A DNA stretch of 64,000 nucleotides, taken from positions 205,431-269,430 of the IMG/VR virus record IMGVR_UViG_3300042934_000594, one strand, 5' to 3'. The translations under genes and the position numbers were made by a program. Below the pieces are notes generated by a model. It worked only from the letters and a program-made list of their open reading frames with translations, made no database searches and was not told the origin of the DNA. Of this stretch, positions 18,831-27,649 are shown piece after piece; the first letter of the stretch is position 1; each line of letters begins with the position of its first letter.

Positions 18831-20813
18831 ATGGCTACAATCGATCGGGGTCCGATCTGGCTACGGCATGCGTTTCTGACTCCGACCTCGGAAGACCAGA
18901 CGCAGTACGGGTCTGAAACCAAACGTCGTTTCGCAACCTCCGCCGCCTTTAAGTTCACCAACACCACGTTGGGGGGCAACTGGTGTATTAACAACCCACC
19001 ACAATTTACCCGTTGGGCTGACATTCGCCAACCGGGTCGTGGACGGGATGAATCCAAGGACAGTCGCAAGTGGGGGATGGGGCGTTACTACTCCGAGGCG
19101 ATTGATGATCCACGGCAGATGGTGACGATGTCCTTCGGGGTACCGCGCTTCTCCAACTGGTCCAGCTTCTTTGTTAACTTCTACGACCGTAACTCGGCAC
19201 TGCTCGCTAACACCGGCCGGGTGAACGATCTGTGGTACAACCTGGGCAACGTCGGGGGCTTTATTGTCTCCCTGCCGATCCAGCCGATTATCATGGGGGT
19301 GATGGGCGTCAGTCGGGTGCTGTCGTTCTTGGGCAAGTCCTCACCCAGCAAATGGATGTACTTTAAACCGTCGATGCACGTGTACTGGTCCACGGTCAAC
19401 ACCATTGCCAACGAAATGGCGATCAACATGGGACTGATCCCTAAGGTGCTGCCTGAAGCGCAGCGTCCTCTGGAGGATCCGGGTCAGCGCGTGACGTTGG
19501 ACGACATCAAGCGTTTCCATGAAATCATCCCAGACATCTTCCGGGCTGAGGGCGGGGTGGACGTCATGTCGCTCGCCGGTAAGACGCAGCGCATGTCCGA
19601 CGCCTCTCAGCGCAACTTGCAGGCCATGGCCGATAAGGCCGCAACGCTCGCCGACCTTAAGGCCAGCATTGAGAAGTACCAGCAAGAAGCGGTGACTGAC
19701 CCCAACCCGGGGTACTCGGCCAGGCAGTACATGGAGGAGTACATCAAGAACGCCGACACGGTCACCGACGGTGGGCCTTCCACGGAAAGCTTCTCCAGTT
19801 GGAGCGAACTCACCAAGGTCTCGGACTTTATCATTGCGGCGCAGCGCGACGCCATGCAGTTCGTTTCCTTCCGGGTCAAGCACAATGGGTCCCTGTCCGA
19901 ATCCTGGAGCAGCACCACCAAAGCTTCTGAGGTGGCGCAGCAGATCAACACCAAAGTCTCGGCAGGCCGGTCGGTGTCGTTTAACACGATGAACGGTGGG
20001 ATCGTTCCTGGGATGTCCGATGTTCTGGACAAAGTGCAGTCTTACGCAGCCGGTGCGTTGGACTCGGTGAACCTGGGCGGTCTGGCGGTCCTGACGGGTA
20101 CGGCGTTTATTGACGTGCCTGAGATGTGGGAGTCGGCATCAGCCACCCTGCCTTCGGCCAGCTACACCGTTACCCTGGACAGCCCGTACGGCAACAAGAT
20201 CTCTCGGTTCATGAACCTTATGATCCCGATCGCCATGTTGCTTGCAGGAGGGCTACCGTTGTCGGCAGGTCGGTCGGCTTACACCTCGCCATTCCTGTGC
20301 CAGATCTACCACCAAGGGCGTGTACAGCGGCAACTGGGGATCATCGATGAGATCACCCTGACCCGCGGTACTGGCAATGTGGGTTGGAACGCTGAACATG
20401 ATATGCTCGGCGCTGAACTCACCTTCAACGTCAAGGATCTGTCTAGCATCATGCACATGGGTGTCAAAGGCGGATACGCCTCGGCATCTTGGCTGGGTAC
20501 AGCGACCCGTGCTGCGGCTGCTACCGTGGGAGAGGCGGTAGGGGGTAGCACCGGTCTGAACACCGCTGTCGCGCTGACTGATCCATCCGTGTACGACGAA
20601 TCGAGTCTGTTCAATGATTACATTGCCACGATCACGTCGTTGTCCTTGGCTGACGCCTTCTACGCTGGGAAGCGCTTGAATGTCAACCTGACCCGTTCCG
20701 TGCAAGCTTTCAAATCCTGGCGCAGTCCTTCGAACCTACTGAGTTGGGGCTTGGACGGCGGGACCGCACGGTTCATCTCGGCATTTGCCAACACCACTGA
20801 CCGTCTTGAATAG
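18831..20813 (+). CDS. virion tail/baseplate structural protein (phiKZ gp182-like)
   Basis: 660 aa directly after the gp181-like gene; FTNTTLGGN, GMGRYYSEAIDD motifs. Confidence 0.75.
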   Translation: MATIDRGPIWLRHAFLTPTSEDQTQYGSETKRRFATSAAFKFTNTTLGGNWCINNPPQFTRWADIRQPGRGRDESKDSRKWGMGRYYSEAIDDPRQMVTMSFGVPRFSNWSSFFVNFYDRNSALLANTGRVNDLWYNLGNVGGFIVSLPIQPIIMGVMGVSRVLSFLGKSSPSKWMYFKPSMHVYWSTVNTIANEMAINMGLIPKVLPEAQRPLEDPGQRVTLDDIKRFHEIIPDIFRAEGGVDVMSLAGKTQRMSDASQRNLQAMADKAATLADLKASIEKYQQEAVTDPNPGYSARQYMEEYIKNADTVTDGGPSTESFSSWSELTKVSDFIIAAQRDAMQFVSFRVKHNGSLSESWSSTTKASEVAQQINTKVSAGRSVSFNTMNGGIVPGMSDVLDKVQSYAAGALDSVNLGGLAVLTGTAFIDVPEMWESASATLPSASYTVTLDSPYGNKISRFMNLMIPIAMLLAGGLPLSAGRSAYTSPFLCQIYHQGRVQRQLGIIDEITLTRGTGNVGWNAEHDMLGAELTFNVKDLSSIMHMGVKGGYASASWLGTATRAAAATVGEAVGGSTGLNTAVALTDPSVYDESSLFNDYIATITSLSLADAFYAGKRLNVNLTRSVQAFKSWRSPSNLLSWGLDGGTARFISAFANTTDRLE

Positions 20814-20823
20814 GTGCATCACT

Positions 20824-21078
20824 ATGCAGTTCAAACAACGCCTCAAAGCTTTCCTCGTGCGCACCCTGCTGGGGGTGCTCGTGGGTCGCCAAAACACGCC
20901 ACGTCTGCTGGCGTACGTTGAAGATGCCCAAGCCATTGGCAAGGGTAACATCATCATCAAACGCGCTCACGTGCACAAATCCATCAAGGAAACCGTGGGT
21001 TCGGACTTGAGCAAAAGTGAGTTGAACTTGGCCGTAGAACTGGCGGTGCAATTGGACCGTTTGATCTACCAAAAATAA
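20824..21078 (+). CDS. hypothetical protein
   Basis: AGGTG before ATG20824. Confidence 0.6.
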   Translation: MQFKQRLKAFLVRTLLGVLVGRQNTPRLLAYVEDAQAIGKGNIIIKRAHVHKSIKETVGSDLSKSELNLAVELAVQLDRLIYQK

Positions 21079-21144
21079 CTGCTCGGAATAAGGTATAGGT
21101 CTTAGGATCTGTACCTTATTTTTGTCCGCCCGGAGGTTAGGGAC

Positions 21145-21465
21145 TTGGATATCGAACTGACAGCACGCGAACCGGTACAGTTGCCCAAGCGTGTGAAGCT
21201 CACTGAGGTGCAGGTGGTGGACGTGGTCACTGAAAGCGGTCGCTCATTGTTGACCGAACTGACAGTGGTCGAATCTAAGAAGGCTGTGCACAAGGACGAC
21301 CCACGCACGGCATTGTTTCTTCGCGCGCAGACGGATGACAATGGTCCTTTTACGCGTACTTACGCTATGATCTTGATGGACCGGAAGAAAGGGACAATTG
21401 AATTGAGCATTGCCCCAGATTACTTCCATCAGTCCATGATCGCAAAGTTGCACATCAATTCATAG
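21145..21465 (+). CDS. hypothetical protein
   Basis: TTG start after GGAGG/AGGGA; operon context. Confidence 0.55.
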   Translation: MDIELTAREPVQLPKRVKLTEVQVVDVVTESGRSLLTELTVVESKKAVHKDDPRTALFLRAQTDDNGPFTRTYAMILMDRKKGTIELSIAPDYFHQSMIAKLHINS

Positions 21466-21492
21466 CTACCCTGACTTGGTCCTGAGGCATGT

Positions 21493-21858
21493 ATGGAAGT
21501 CAATCTCCCGTTCTTTGAAGGCGCCCGTGTGGCGATGCCCGATAACATCATCGACGCTGTTTCCTTAAAGGAGGCAGTCAACGGTGAGGGGCTGTCCCTT
21601 AAAGAGCTGTTGTTGGATAAAAAGGATTACGGTTTCTACCACGAGAAGAACCACATTCGTCCGCAAGACAACGTACAGGCGTATTCGCTGTACGGCAAGG
21701 TACCCGCTGACCGTCGGGCCAAGCATTCGTTAATGGCCTACATCCACTTTGACTTAAAAACCCGCATGATCACACTCAACAACGTCAACCCCCTGCTAGC
21801 GCGAGGACGACTGTTGTTGCGTTTGGACCTGCGTCGTCGTGAGGCTCTTTCCGCATGA
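21493..21858 (+). CDS. hypothetical protein
   Basis: GAGG RBS; coupled to the next gene (ATGA). Confidence 0.7.
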   Translation: MEVNLPFFEGARVAMPDNIIDAVSLKEAVNGEGLSLKELLLDKKDYGFYHEKNHIRPQDNVQAYSLYGKVPADRRAKHSLMAYIHFDLKTRMITLNNVNPLLARGRLLLRLDLRRREALSA

Positions 21859-22208
21859 TACATGAACAACCCATCTTGACCAGTTTTAAGGACTTTGATT
21901 TGCTGGCTGCTGCTGGCCGTACGGACCTGTTGGCTGCCGAGGGCAAGAACATTATCACCGGCCTTGGGTGGGGTGGGTTGTTCTTAAACGGCGTGCCTCA
22001 CCCGGAAGATGCCAAGACCACCGTCCAGCCGTCGGTGGTGCCTGATCACGACCCAGACCTGGCCGTCATTGAAGTTGAACACCTGACCATCACCGTGAGC
22101 ATGCGGTCTGGACGCTGCACGGTGGAGGATGCCCTTAACCGCCCTACTGACCAGGCCCCCTTTGGGATCTTGCGCCTGCGTCTGCCTGATCGAGGAATGC
22201 CCCTGTGA
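21855..22208 (+). CDS. hypothetical protein
   Basis: ATGA/GTGA overlaps on both sides. Confidence 0.65.
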   Translation: MIHEQPILTSFKDFDLLAAAGRTDLLAAEGKNIITGLGWGGLFLNGVPHPEDAKTTVQPSVVPDHDPDLAVIEVEHLTITVSMRSGRCTVEDALNRPTDQAPFGILRLRLPDRGMPL

Positions 22209-22687
22209 CCCGCGTACTGAGTCAATACTTTGCCCGCTTGCAAATCTCCCAGGAGGCGTCTGTTGAAGGCGCCCCATTGGGCGACCCTGGTGACAGTGTC
22301 GAGTTGTCGTTGCCACCTTTGAACGAACACTCCAAGAACCTGAGCATCGTGGCCTCTGGGGCCAATGAGACCACAGGTGCCCATCATCGCTACGACATCG
22401 CCAACTTCGATGCCAGTACCAACCCGGCCTACCGCGACTCTGACACCGCTAACCTGCTGACGATTCTGTTCCAGCAAGGGCCCGTACCGGACGTCGGCAT
22501 CAACGGCGTCACCCCAGAAGCGGTACTGGTGTGTCTGCTGCATCTGTTTGAAGGGTATCAGACCAGTAAGTTTGCCTGCCCTGAGAACGAGGAGGCCATC
22601 AAAGGTTTCCAGGCCTCGCTCGATGCCATTCGCTCACGCACAGCGTCGCGGATTGAACGAGGCGTTGAAGGTACTCATCAAGCGTAA
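22205..22687 (+). CDS. tad1: Tad1-family anti-defence sponge (anti-Thoeris/CBASS signal binder)
   Basis: GAHHRY, FQQGPVPDVGINGVT, YQTSKFACPEN and RTASRIERGVEGT match the Tad1 pattern recalled from the family. Confidence 0.75.
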   Translation: MTRVLSQYFARLQISQEASVEGAPLGDPGDSVELSLPPLNEHSKNLSIVASGANETTGAHHRYDIANFDASTNPAYRDSDTANLLTILFQQGPVPDVGINGVTPEAVLVCLLHLFEGYQTSKFACPENEEAIKGFQASLDAIRSRTASRIERGVEGTHQA

Positions 22688-22698
22688 GAGGTGACGGG

Positions 22699-22917
22699 AT
22701 GACTGGTAACTACGAATTGATTCAACACTGGTTGGGTACTGAGGCCGCTCATCGATTGGCCAATGCCAACCCTGATGCCGCCGCAGAGCGCTTTGCGCCC
22801 AGTTCAGTGGTCAGTGGTAACCCACGGTTGTTCTGTCGCCCTGACGGGGCTCAGCGCACTGTGGTGGAATTGCTTGAAGTTCTGCAAGCCCGCACCTGTG
22901 ACTGTAAGCTGCATTAA
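22699..22917 (+). CDS. hypothetical protein
   Basis: GAGGTG RBS. Confidence 0.55.
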   Translation: MTGNYELIQHWLGTEAAHRLANANPDAAAERFAPSSVVSGNPRLFCRPDGAQRTVVELLEVLQARTCDCKLH

Positions 22918-22918
22918 C

Positions 22919-23088
22919 TCGTAGACCTATATCACCCTTGTGTAAGCGCAGTCTTCGGACTGCGTTTATGCCCATTCCAACAAATCTGAAAGCTATATCA
23001 CTCAGGTGTATCAGAGCAATCTGATTCAGGAAATACCCAGCAGCTAAACCCTGTGAGGAATAGCCGGCGATGAGCCTGACTATATCAC
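22919..23088 (+). promoter_or_regulatory. cluster of three CTATATCAC early-promoter-like boxes
   Basis: TATATCAC at 22928, 22994 and 23081; resembles the phiKZ early TATATTAC. Confidence 0.65.
22943..22970 (+). terminator. UUCG hairpin
   Basis: TAAGCGCAGTC-TTCG-GACTGCGTTTA then TG. Confidence 0.65.
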
Positions 23089-23151
23089 CTACCCTATCTA
23101 ACCTTCAGACAGTTAGGTCGGCGACCCCAGAATCAAGAACTGTGGTGATCT

Positions 23152-23949
23152 ATGCACGTCCCTGAACCGGCAACACCTTTAACCCCGAATAAGATCGACC
23201 CCATTGTGGTGGATGACAGCACTCGACACATGCGAAGGTTTCGCTGGGTTGAAGTGAACCTGCCTGACCTGGTCGACGATTTGGTGGGTGAGGCCCTGGA
23301 GAATTCCACCTACGGTTACACCCGGCAACAAGCTGAAGCGGCGATCCACGAATGGTTCGACGCCCACCAGGTTCCCCATGAAGGACTCGTCCCGGACCTG
23401 GAAGCACTCTGCATCGAGTCCTTACACACCGAGTTATCCATACGCAAGCGTTACACTGACGCGGCGTCCCCACCTGAAACAAGTGAGACTCTCATGGCTG
23501 ACAAAGATAAAGCAAAAGTGGTTGAATTGAAATCCCGCGAATTCATCGAAAAGCACAGCCTGGCTGAAAAGGTGCTGCTGGCCGACAACAACATCGTGAC
23601 CCTGCCGGAAGACTACCGTGCGGCGATCCTGGCTTCCGAGCAAGGCATCACCGTCGAGGAAGTCAAGAAGCAGCAGAAGATCGAGCAGCGCGTTGACCAG
23701 TCCCTGCTGGCAGCCACCACCCTGCTGTCCGGTGAACTGGCCAAGAGCAAGTTCGTCGCTGACCCTGAAGCTCGCGAAGTGGCCTTCAGCTACGAAGTCG
23801 GCCCACACGCCAAAGCCTCCGGCGTCTTCACCCGCAATGACGACGGCACCGTCGCCATCGTCAATGCCGTAGAACACCGTTTCCAGACGGCCGAGATGAA
23901 CCGCGTCTACGGTCACCTGAACGACCTGTTCGCCAACGTCAACTCGTAA
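23152..23949 (+). CDS. hypothetical protein, probable second in-frame start at 23494
   Basis: GGTGAT before ATG23152; codon bias looks much stronger from MADKDK (23494). Confidence 0.7.
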   Translation: MHVPEPATPLTPNKIDPIVVDDSTRHMRRFRWVEVNLPDLVDDLVGEALENSTYGYTRQQAEAAIHEWFDAHQVPHEGLVPDLEALCIESLHTELSIRKRYTDAASPPETSETLMADKDKAKVVELKSREFIEKHSLAEKVLLADNNIVTLPEDYRAAILASEQGITVEEVKKQQKIEQRVDQSLLAATTLLSGELAKSKFVADPEAREVAFSYEVGPHAKASGVFTRNDDGTVAIVNAVEHRFQTAEMNRVYGHLNDLFANVNS

Positions 23950-23960
23950 CACCCCCGGTG

Positions 23961-24000
23961 CCCCTGCTTCGGCAGGGGTTACCATCCACCTTTTCTTTTT
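23961..24000 (+). terminator. intrinsic terminator
   Basis: CCCCTGC-TTCG-GCAGGGG with a downstream T tract. Confidence 0.7.
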
Positions 24001-24012
24001 CGAGATTGCACA

Positions 24013-25416
24013 ATGACTGAAGCAACCCCAGCTGTTGAACGCGGCGTATTGATCGTCCTGGAAGGTCAGGAATACGTAGGCAAATCCACCCAGCGCGATT
24101 TGCTTGCTGAGCGCCTGCGCGCATTGGGCCATGACGTGGTGGTAACCCGTGAGATCGGCGGTACGCCCTACGCTGAAAAGATTCGCACCCTGGTCCTGAA
24201 CACCGACCGCGACGGCGAGCATGTTTCTCCGCTGACCGAAATGCTGTTGGCCTACGCCGCCCGTTCACAACACTTGGAGCAAGTCATTGCACCAGCCCTG
24301 GAAGCCGGTAAGATCGTTCTGACCGATCGCTTCGTAGCCTCCACGTTCTGCTACCAGGTCTGGCCGTACATCGACGGCAACATGCAGCATGGTCTGTTGA
24401 ACATGTTCATGGGCCTGAACGGTTCGGTTCTGTCGGGCATCATCACCGAAGAACCTCTGGTGTTGATCCAGACGCTGAACGATGAAGACTGGCAAGCACG
24501 CCGTCGTGCCAACAACAAGCCTGACATCATCGAAAGCCGTGAAGTGGAATTCCATGCCAAGGTTGCCGCCGCGTATGCGCAGCATGCCGGTGCCCCGAAC
24601 CACCACCTGGTCGATGGCGGTCGTGAAATCCAAGTGATCAACGACGAACTGTTCCAGCTCGTGACTGATTACCTGGCCGCCACCAAGATCGTGCGCAAGC
24701 AAGCCGCTGAAGCGCGTGCGGCGCAAGCCGAACTGACCGAAGCTGGGATCAGCGACATGCCGCCTGAATTGGCGGCTCTGATGAACCAGATTCAGATGGC
24801 CCAACCCGGTGACGTCCATCCCGGTGTGAAGTCCTATGAGGAAGCGCAAGCAGAAGGCTTCCCGGGCACTGAAGCGGAATGGGTGACTTACGTCAGCGCC
24901 ATGCAACAGAACGCTCTGCACGGTGAGCCTGGCAATGGCACCTTCGACCCTGAAGCTGAGCGTCTGATCACTGACTACGCCGAAGCCAAGAACCTGGGCT
25001 TTGATGGTACGGAAGAAGAATGGCAGGCGTACCTGGCTGAGCAGGGCATCAACTCCACCTTTGCTGTACCGGTGCAGCAGAAGACCATCCAGGAAAACAT
25101 CGACGCGTACTACGACCTGGCACAACGCTACGACGCCGACCCTTCGCAACTGACTGAGGGGGAGCGCAAGTCGGTCGAAGAGTTCCGCGCCAAAGCTAAA
25201 GCCACCATGGCTGAAGTGACGCAGGTGGCTTCCACCATCGACAACGTCTCGGCAGTGTTTGCCCCGACCTTGGCTGAGCTGGGTATGGGTGTGGACGACC
25301 TGTCGTACGAAACCGCACAAAGCAAAGGCTTTGACGGCACGCGTGAAGAGTGGGATGAGATGCTGAACAAATACGTTCCAGCGGACCTGAACCCTAACGC
25401 CGCCGCGGCGCAGTAA
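24013..25416 (+). CDS. tmk: thymidylate kinase with long acidic C-terminal repeat extension
   Basis: LEGQEYVGKSTQ P-loop, TREIGGT, LLAYAARSQH, TDRF..ST..YQ. Confidence 0.9.
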   Translation: MTEATPAVERGVLIVLEGQEYVGKSTQRDLLAERLRALGHDVVVTREIGGTPYAEKIRTLVLNTDRDGEHVSPLTEMLLAYAARSQHLEQVIAPALEAGKIVLTDRFVASTFCYQVWPYIDGNMQHGLLNMFMGLNGSVLSGIITEEPLVLIQTLNDEDWQARRRANNKPDIIESREVEFHAKVAAAYAQHAGAPNHHLVDGGREIQVINDELFQLVTDYLAATKIVRKQAAEARAAQAELTEAGISDMPPELAALMNQIQMAQPGDVHPGVKSYEEAQAEGFPGTEAEWVTYVSAMQQNALHGEPGNGTFDPEAERLITDYAEAKNLGFDGTEEEWQAYLAEQGINSTFAVPVQQKTIQENIDAYYDLAQRYDADPSQLTEGERKSVEEFRAKAKATMAEVTQVASTIDNVSAVFAPTLAELGMGVDDLSYETAQSKGFDGTREEWDEMLNKYVPADLNPNAAAAQ

Positions 25417-25418
25417 CA

Positions 25419-25450
25419 GCATAACGCCCTCCCTTCGGGGAGGGCTTATG
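25419..25450 (+). terminator. UUCG hairpin with GCATAA/TTATG flanks
   Basis: GCCCTCCC-TTCG-GGGAGGGC. Confidence 0.8.
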
Positions 25451-25459
25451 TCGGCGTAC

Positions 25460-25487
25460 ATTGAAAAGATTTTGAGACCTAAATAAT
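25460..25487 (+). promoter_or_regulatory. early promoter candidate
   Basis: ATTGAAAA-gat-TTTGAGACCTAAATAAT. Confidence 0.5.
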
Positions 25488-25548
25488 CCGTAGGAGAGCC
25501 GCGTGACTATAGGCATCTTAACCCCCATATCCGTCTAGGAGCTTCCCT

Positions 25549-26043
25549 GTGAAACGTTTTGCATTCTTGGCTACATTGCTGTTGGCTGGTGTTGTTCACG
25601 CTCAGGAGCCTTACCAGGCCTTCCTGGACCGTCCTCTCTTTATGTCGGCCTGGCTCCCGGATTCGATTCCCTGTGTGTTTGACGCCGCCCACAACGTCAA
25701 CACCTGTATGGCACCGGACGTACCTTTGAAAGTCACCGTGCGCTTGACCACGCTCGATGGCAAAGAACAAACCGAGATGTCCTGGCCTACGCTGAACAAG
25801 ATCCGCTGCCCGAAAAACACCTGTGAAGGGGTGGACGGTTTGGCCGCAGGTTCACTGAGCGATCATCCTGAGGCTGGCGACAGTGTGTGGATCGTCACCC
25901 AGAATTACTACCTTGCCTCCCAGCAGGGCAAAGTGGTGGCGTGGCGTCACGGTAAAGGACCCATGGCAGAACAATACCTGGAACCCTTGATCTATAGCGA
26001 AACTCCTCGCTTGAAACCCACAGCCTCCTTAACGAGTAACTAA
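25549..26043 (+). CDS. exported Cys-containing protein with signal peptide
   Basis: MKRFAFLATLLLAGVVHA|QE; four Cys; AGGAG RBS. Confidence 0.75.
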   Translation: MKRFAFLATLLLAGVVHAQEPYQAFLDRPLFMSAWLPDSIPCVFDAAHNVNTCMAPDVPLKVTVRLTTLDGKEQTEMSWPTLNKIRCPKNTCEGVDGLAAGSLSDHPEAGDSVWIVTQNYYLASQQGKVVAWRHGKGPMAEQYLEPLIYSETPRLKPTASLTSN

Positions 26044-26044
26044 C

Positions 26045-26359
26045 ATGCCTTTCTTCTGGTTGGTGGTCTCTCTACTGATGTGCTTCATTGCTCAGTGCTA
26101 TTGGCGCAGCCGCTTCCGGTTAGACGGTGGTTGGCGTAATGCGTTTGTGAACAGTCACTGGAAGATCGCTGAGTGGGGTGTGCCGCAGATCCTGTGTTCC
26201 GCGCTGGTGGTCACGTTGCCGATTCTGATCGCCTCCTGGTACGACATCATGACCGTCGCGGTGGCGTACATGGGGATCCTGTTTTTCTACATGGCCGGGA
26301 TGGTGATGACGTACGACACTTTCCTCAAAGAGTTCTACGCCCGCCACCCGATGGAGTGA
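26045..26359 (+). CDS. small membrane protein (about 3 TM)
   Basis: Three hydrophobic segments. Confidence 0.65.
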   Translation: MPFFWLVVSLLMCFIAQCYWRSRFRLDGGWRNAFVNSHWKIAEWGVPQILCSALVVTLPILIASWYDIMTVAVAYMGILFFYMAGMVMTYDTFLKEFYARHPME

Positions 26360-26361
26360 GC

Positions 26362-26646
26362 ATGGATTCGCACATTCGTGACCGTTATCGCAAGATGGGG
26401 TGTAAGTGGCAATTAGGACAGTGGCCTGTAATGAGCTACTCCCTGCCCTTTATCACCCTGGCGTTTCATGGACGACCACCCAGAGCCACGGTATTCAATG
26501 ACCTGCACAACCTGGGTTACGCGCCGTATGGCCCGCTGGTTACCAGCTGCTATGGCTTGAACGTCGATGACAACTATTTCTACGAGCTGACCTTCAAGGA
26601 AATAGAAGGGCACGCGGATATTGTCCGCATGTCACGTTTTGAGTAA
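26362..26646 (+). CDS. hypothetical protein
   Basis: GGAG before ATG26362; ends at a terminator. Confidence 0.6.
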   Translation: MDSHIRDRYRKMGCKWQLGQWPVMSYSLPFITLAFHGRPPRATVFNDLHNLGYAPYGPLVTSCYGLNVDDNYFYELTFKEIEGHADIVRMSRFE

Positions 26647-26655
26647 CGACATTAC

Positions 26656-26694
26656 GGCCTCCCTTCGGGGAGGCCCTATGTTGTCTTTCTTTTT
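26656..26694 (+). terminator. intrinsic terminator
   Basis: GGCCTCCC-TTCG-GGGAGGCC, TATG, T tract. Confidence 0.8.
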
Positions 26695-26695
26695 G

Positions 26696-26723
26696 ATTGC
26701 AAATAATTTGAGACCTATATCCC
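26696..26723 (+). promoter_or_regulatory. early promoter candidate
   Basis: ATTGCAAA-taa-TTTGAGACCTATATCCC. Confidence 0.65.
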
Positions 26724-26776
26724 TAGGTTGAAGGATGACAATGTCGTTGGCCTTCGTACCCTTTTGGAGTGACAAC

Positions 26777-27025
26777 ATGAAACATCTAACTCGCACAACT
26801 GACCTGATCGATTCCGTCTTTGGTTTGTTCACAGGGGTAACTCTCTTGGAACAGATCGGTGACGATCACGTTGAAACGTGCTGGGAGTTATCGAACAACC
26901 CTACCTTTGAAGAAACCAATTGGGGTGATGCCCACGAGCAGTACTTGCAAGAGCATCGCAACCAACTGGAAGAAGAGCTGGTGGAACAACGTCGGGCTTC
27001 TTCGCTTAACCGCTTTAACTATTAA
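26777..27025 (+). CDS. small acidic early protein (monocistronic)
   Basis: GGAG before ATG26777; has its own promoter and terminator. Confidence 0.7.
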   Translation: MKHLTRTTDLIDSVFGLFTGVTLLEQIGDDHVETCWELSNNPTFEETNWGDAHEQYLQEHRNQLEEELVEQRRASSLNRFNY

Positions 27026-27032
27026 ACCCAGA

Positions 27033-27073
27033 CGGCAGTCCTCAGGGGCTGCCGCACTGACTCTTTCTTTTTT
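27033..27073 (+). terminator. intrinsic terminator
   Basis: CGGCAGTCC-TCAG-GGGCTGCCG then a T tract. Confidence 0.7.
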
Positions 27074-27123
27074 GGTAGTGGCACAATGCCACAGGAAAAA
27101 ATACTGACGTTAACTGATATTAT

Positions 27124-27630
27124 GCGAAGTCCGTAGTGGGACGCTGCACGGTGTTAATCCTTGGGTGCTGGCGCTACCGAGTTGATCAACACCAACCTTG
27201 GCGATGTACCCGGTTTGCCATGACGGGGGAGTCGCAAGTTGTGTTTTATGCACAGCCTACAGCACACAGGTGAAACTGATCGGGGGTTTGCCCGTGTGCT
27301 GTGGGATGGGTATCGAACCCTAGACCTATTGAACAAGGAAAACCCCGTATGGGTGTTCTGGCCGCTGCGCTTACTTTACAGGTGATGGTTAGGCTTCTAG
27401 CCATGGATCTGCCTGCTACCGTTCCCCCTGATGCACACTACGTTGATGCTATCGCCTGGCGACACGACTCGCCTGTGCCGTACCTCAATAGCGTACCCGC
27501 GGTTGTTAAGCGGATCAGTACGCGTGTCGGTGTGTATCACCCTCTGGTCCCTCCGTCTGTGCAGGATGGAGTGGGAGGTTGCGCCTTGCTGCACACGCCT
27601 AGGGTGCGTGGCTAGCAGATAGGGCACGAC
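27124..27630 (+). ncRNA. candidate large structured non-coding RNA (~510 nt)
   Basis: No convincing ORF; at least 7 stems with G-U pairs, including long-range 27238-49/27619-30; begins at a TATG. Confidence 0.6.
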
Positions 27631-27649
27631 AACCTTACCAGGAGCGGGT

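Noticed and set aside
23025-23080. Hammerhead ribozyme or c-di-GMP riboswitch
   Set aside because: Only partial resemblance (CGATGAG, GAAA, CTAAACC); core elements are incomplete or in the wrong order
27290-27340. tRNA or tmRNA suggested by GGGTATCGAACCC
   Set aside because: No cloverleaf, acceptor stem with CCA, or tag reading frame found
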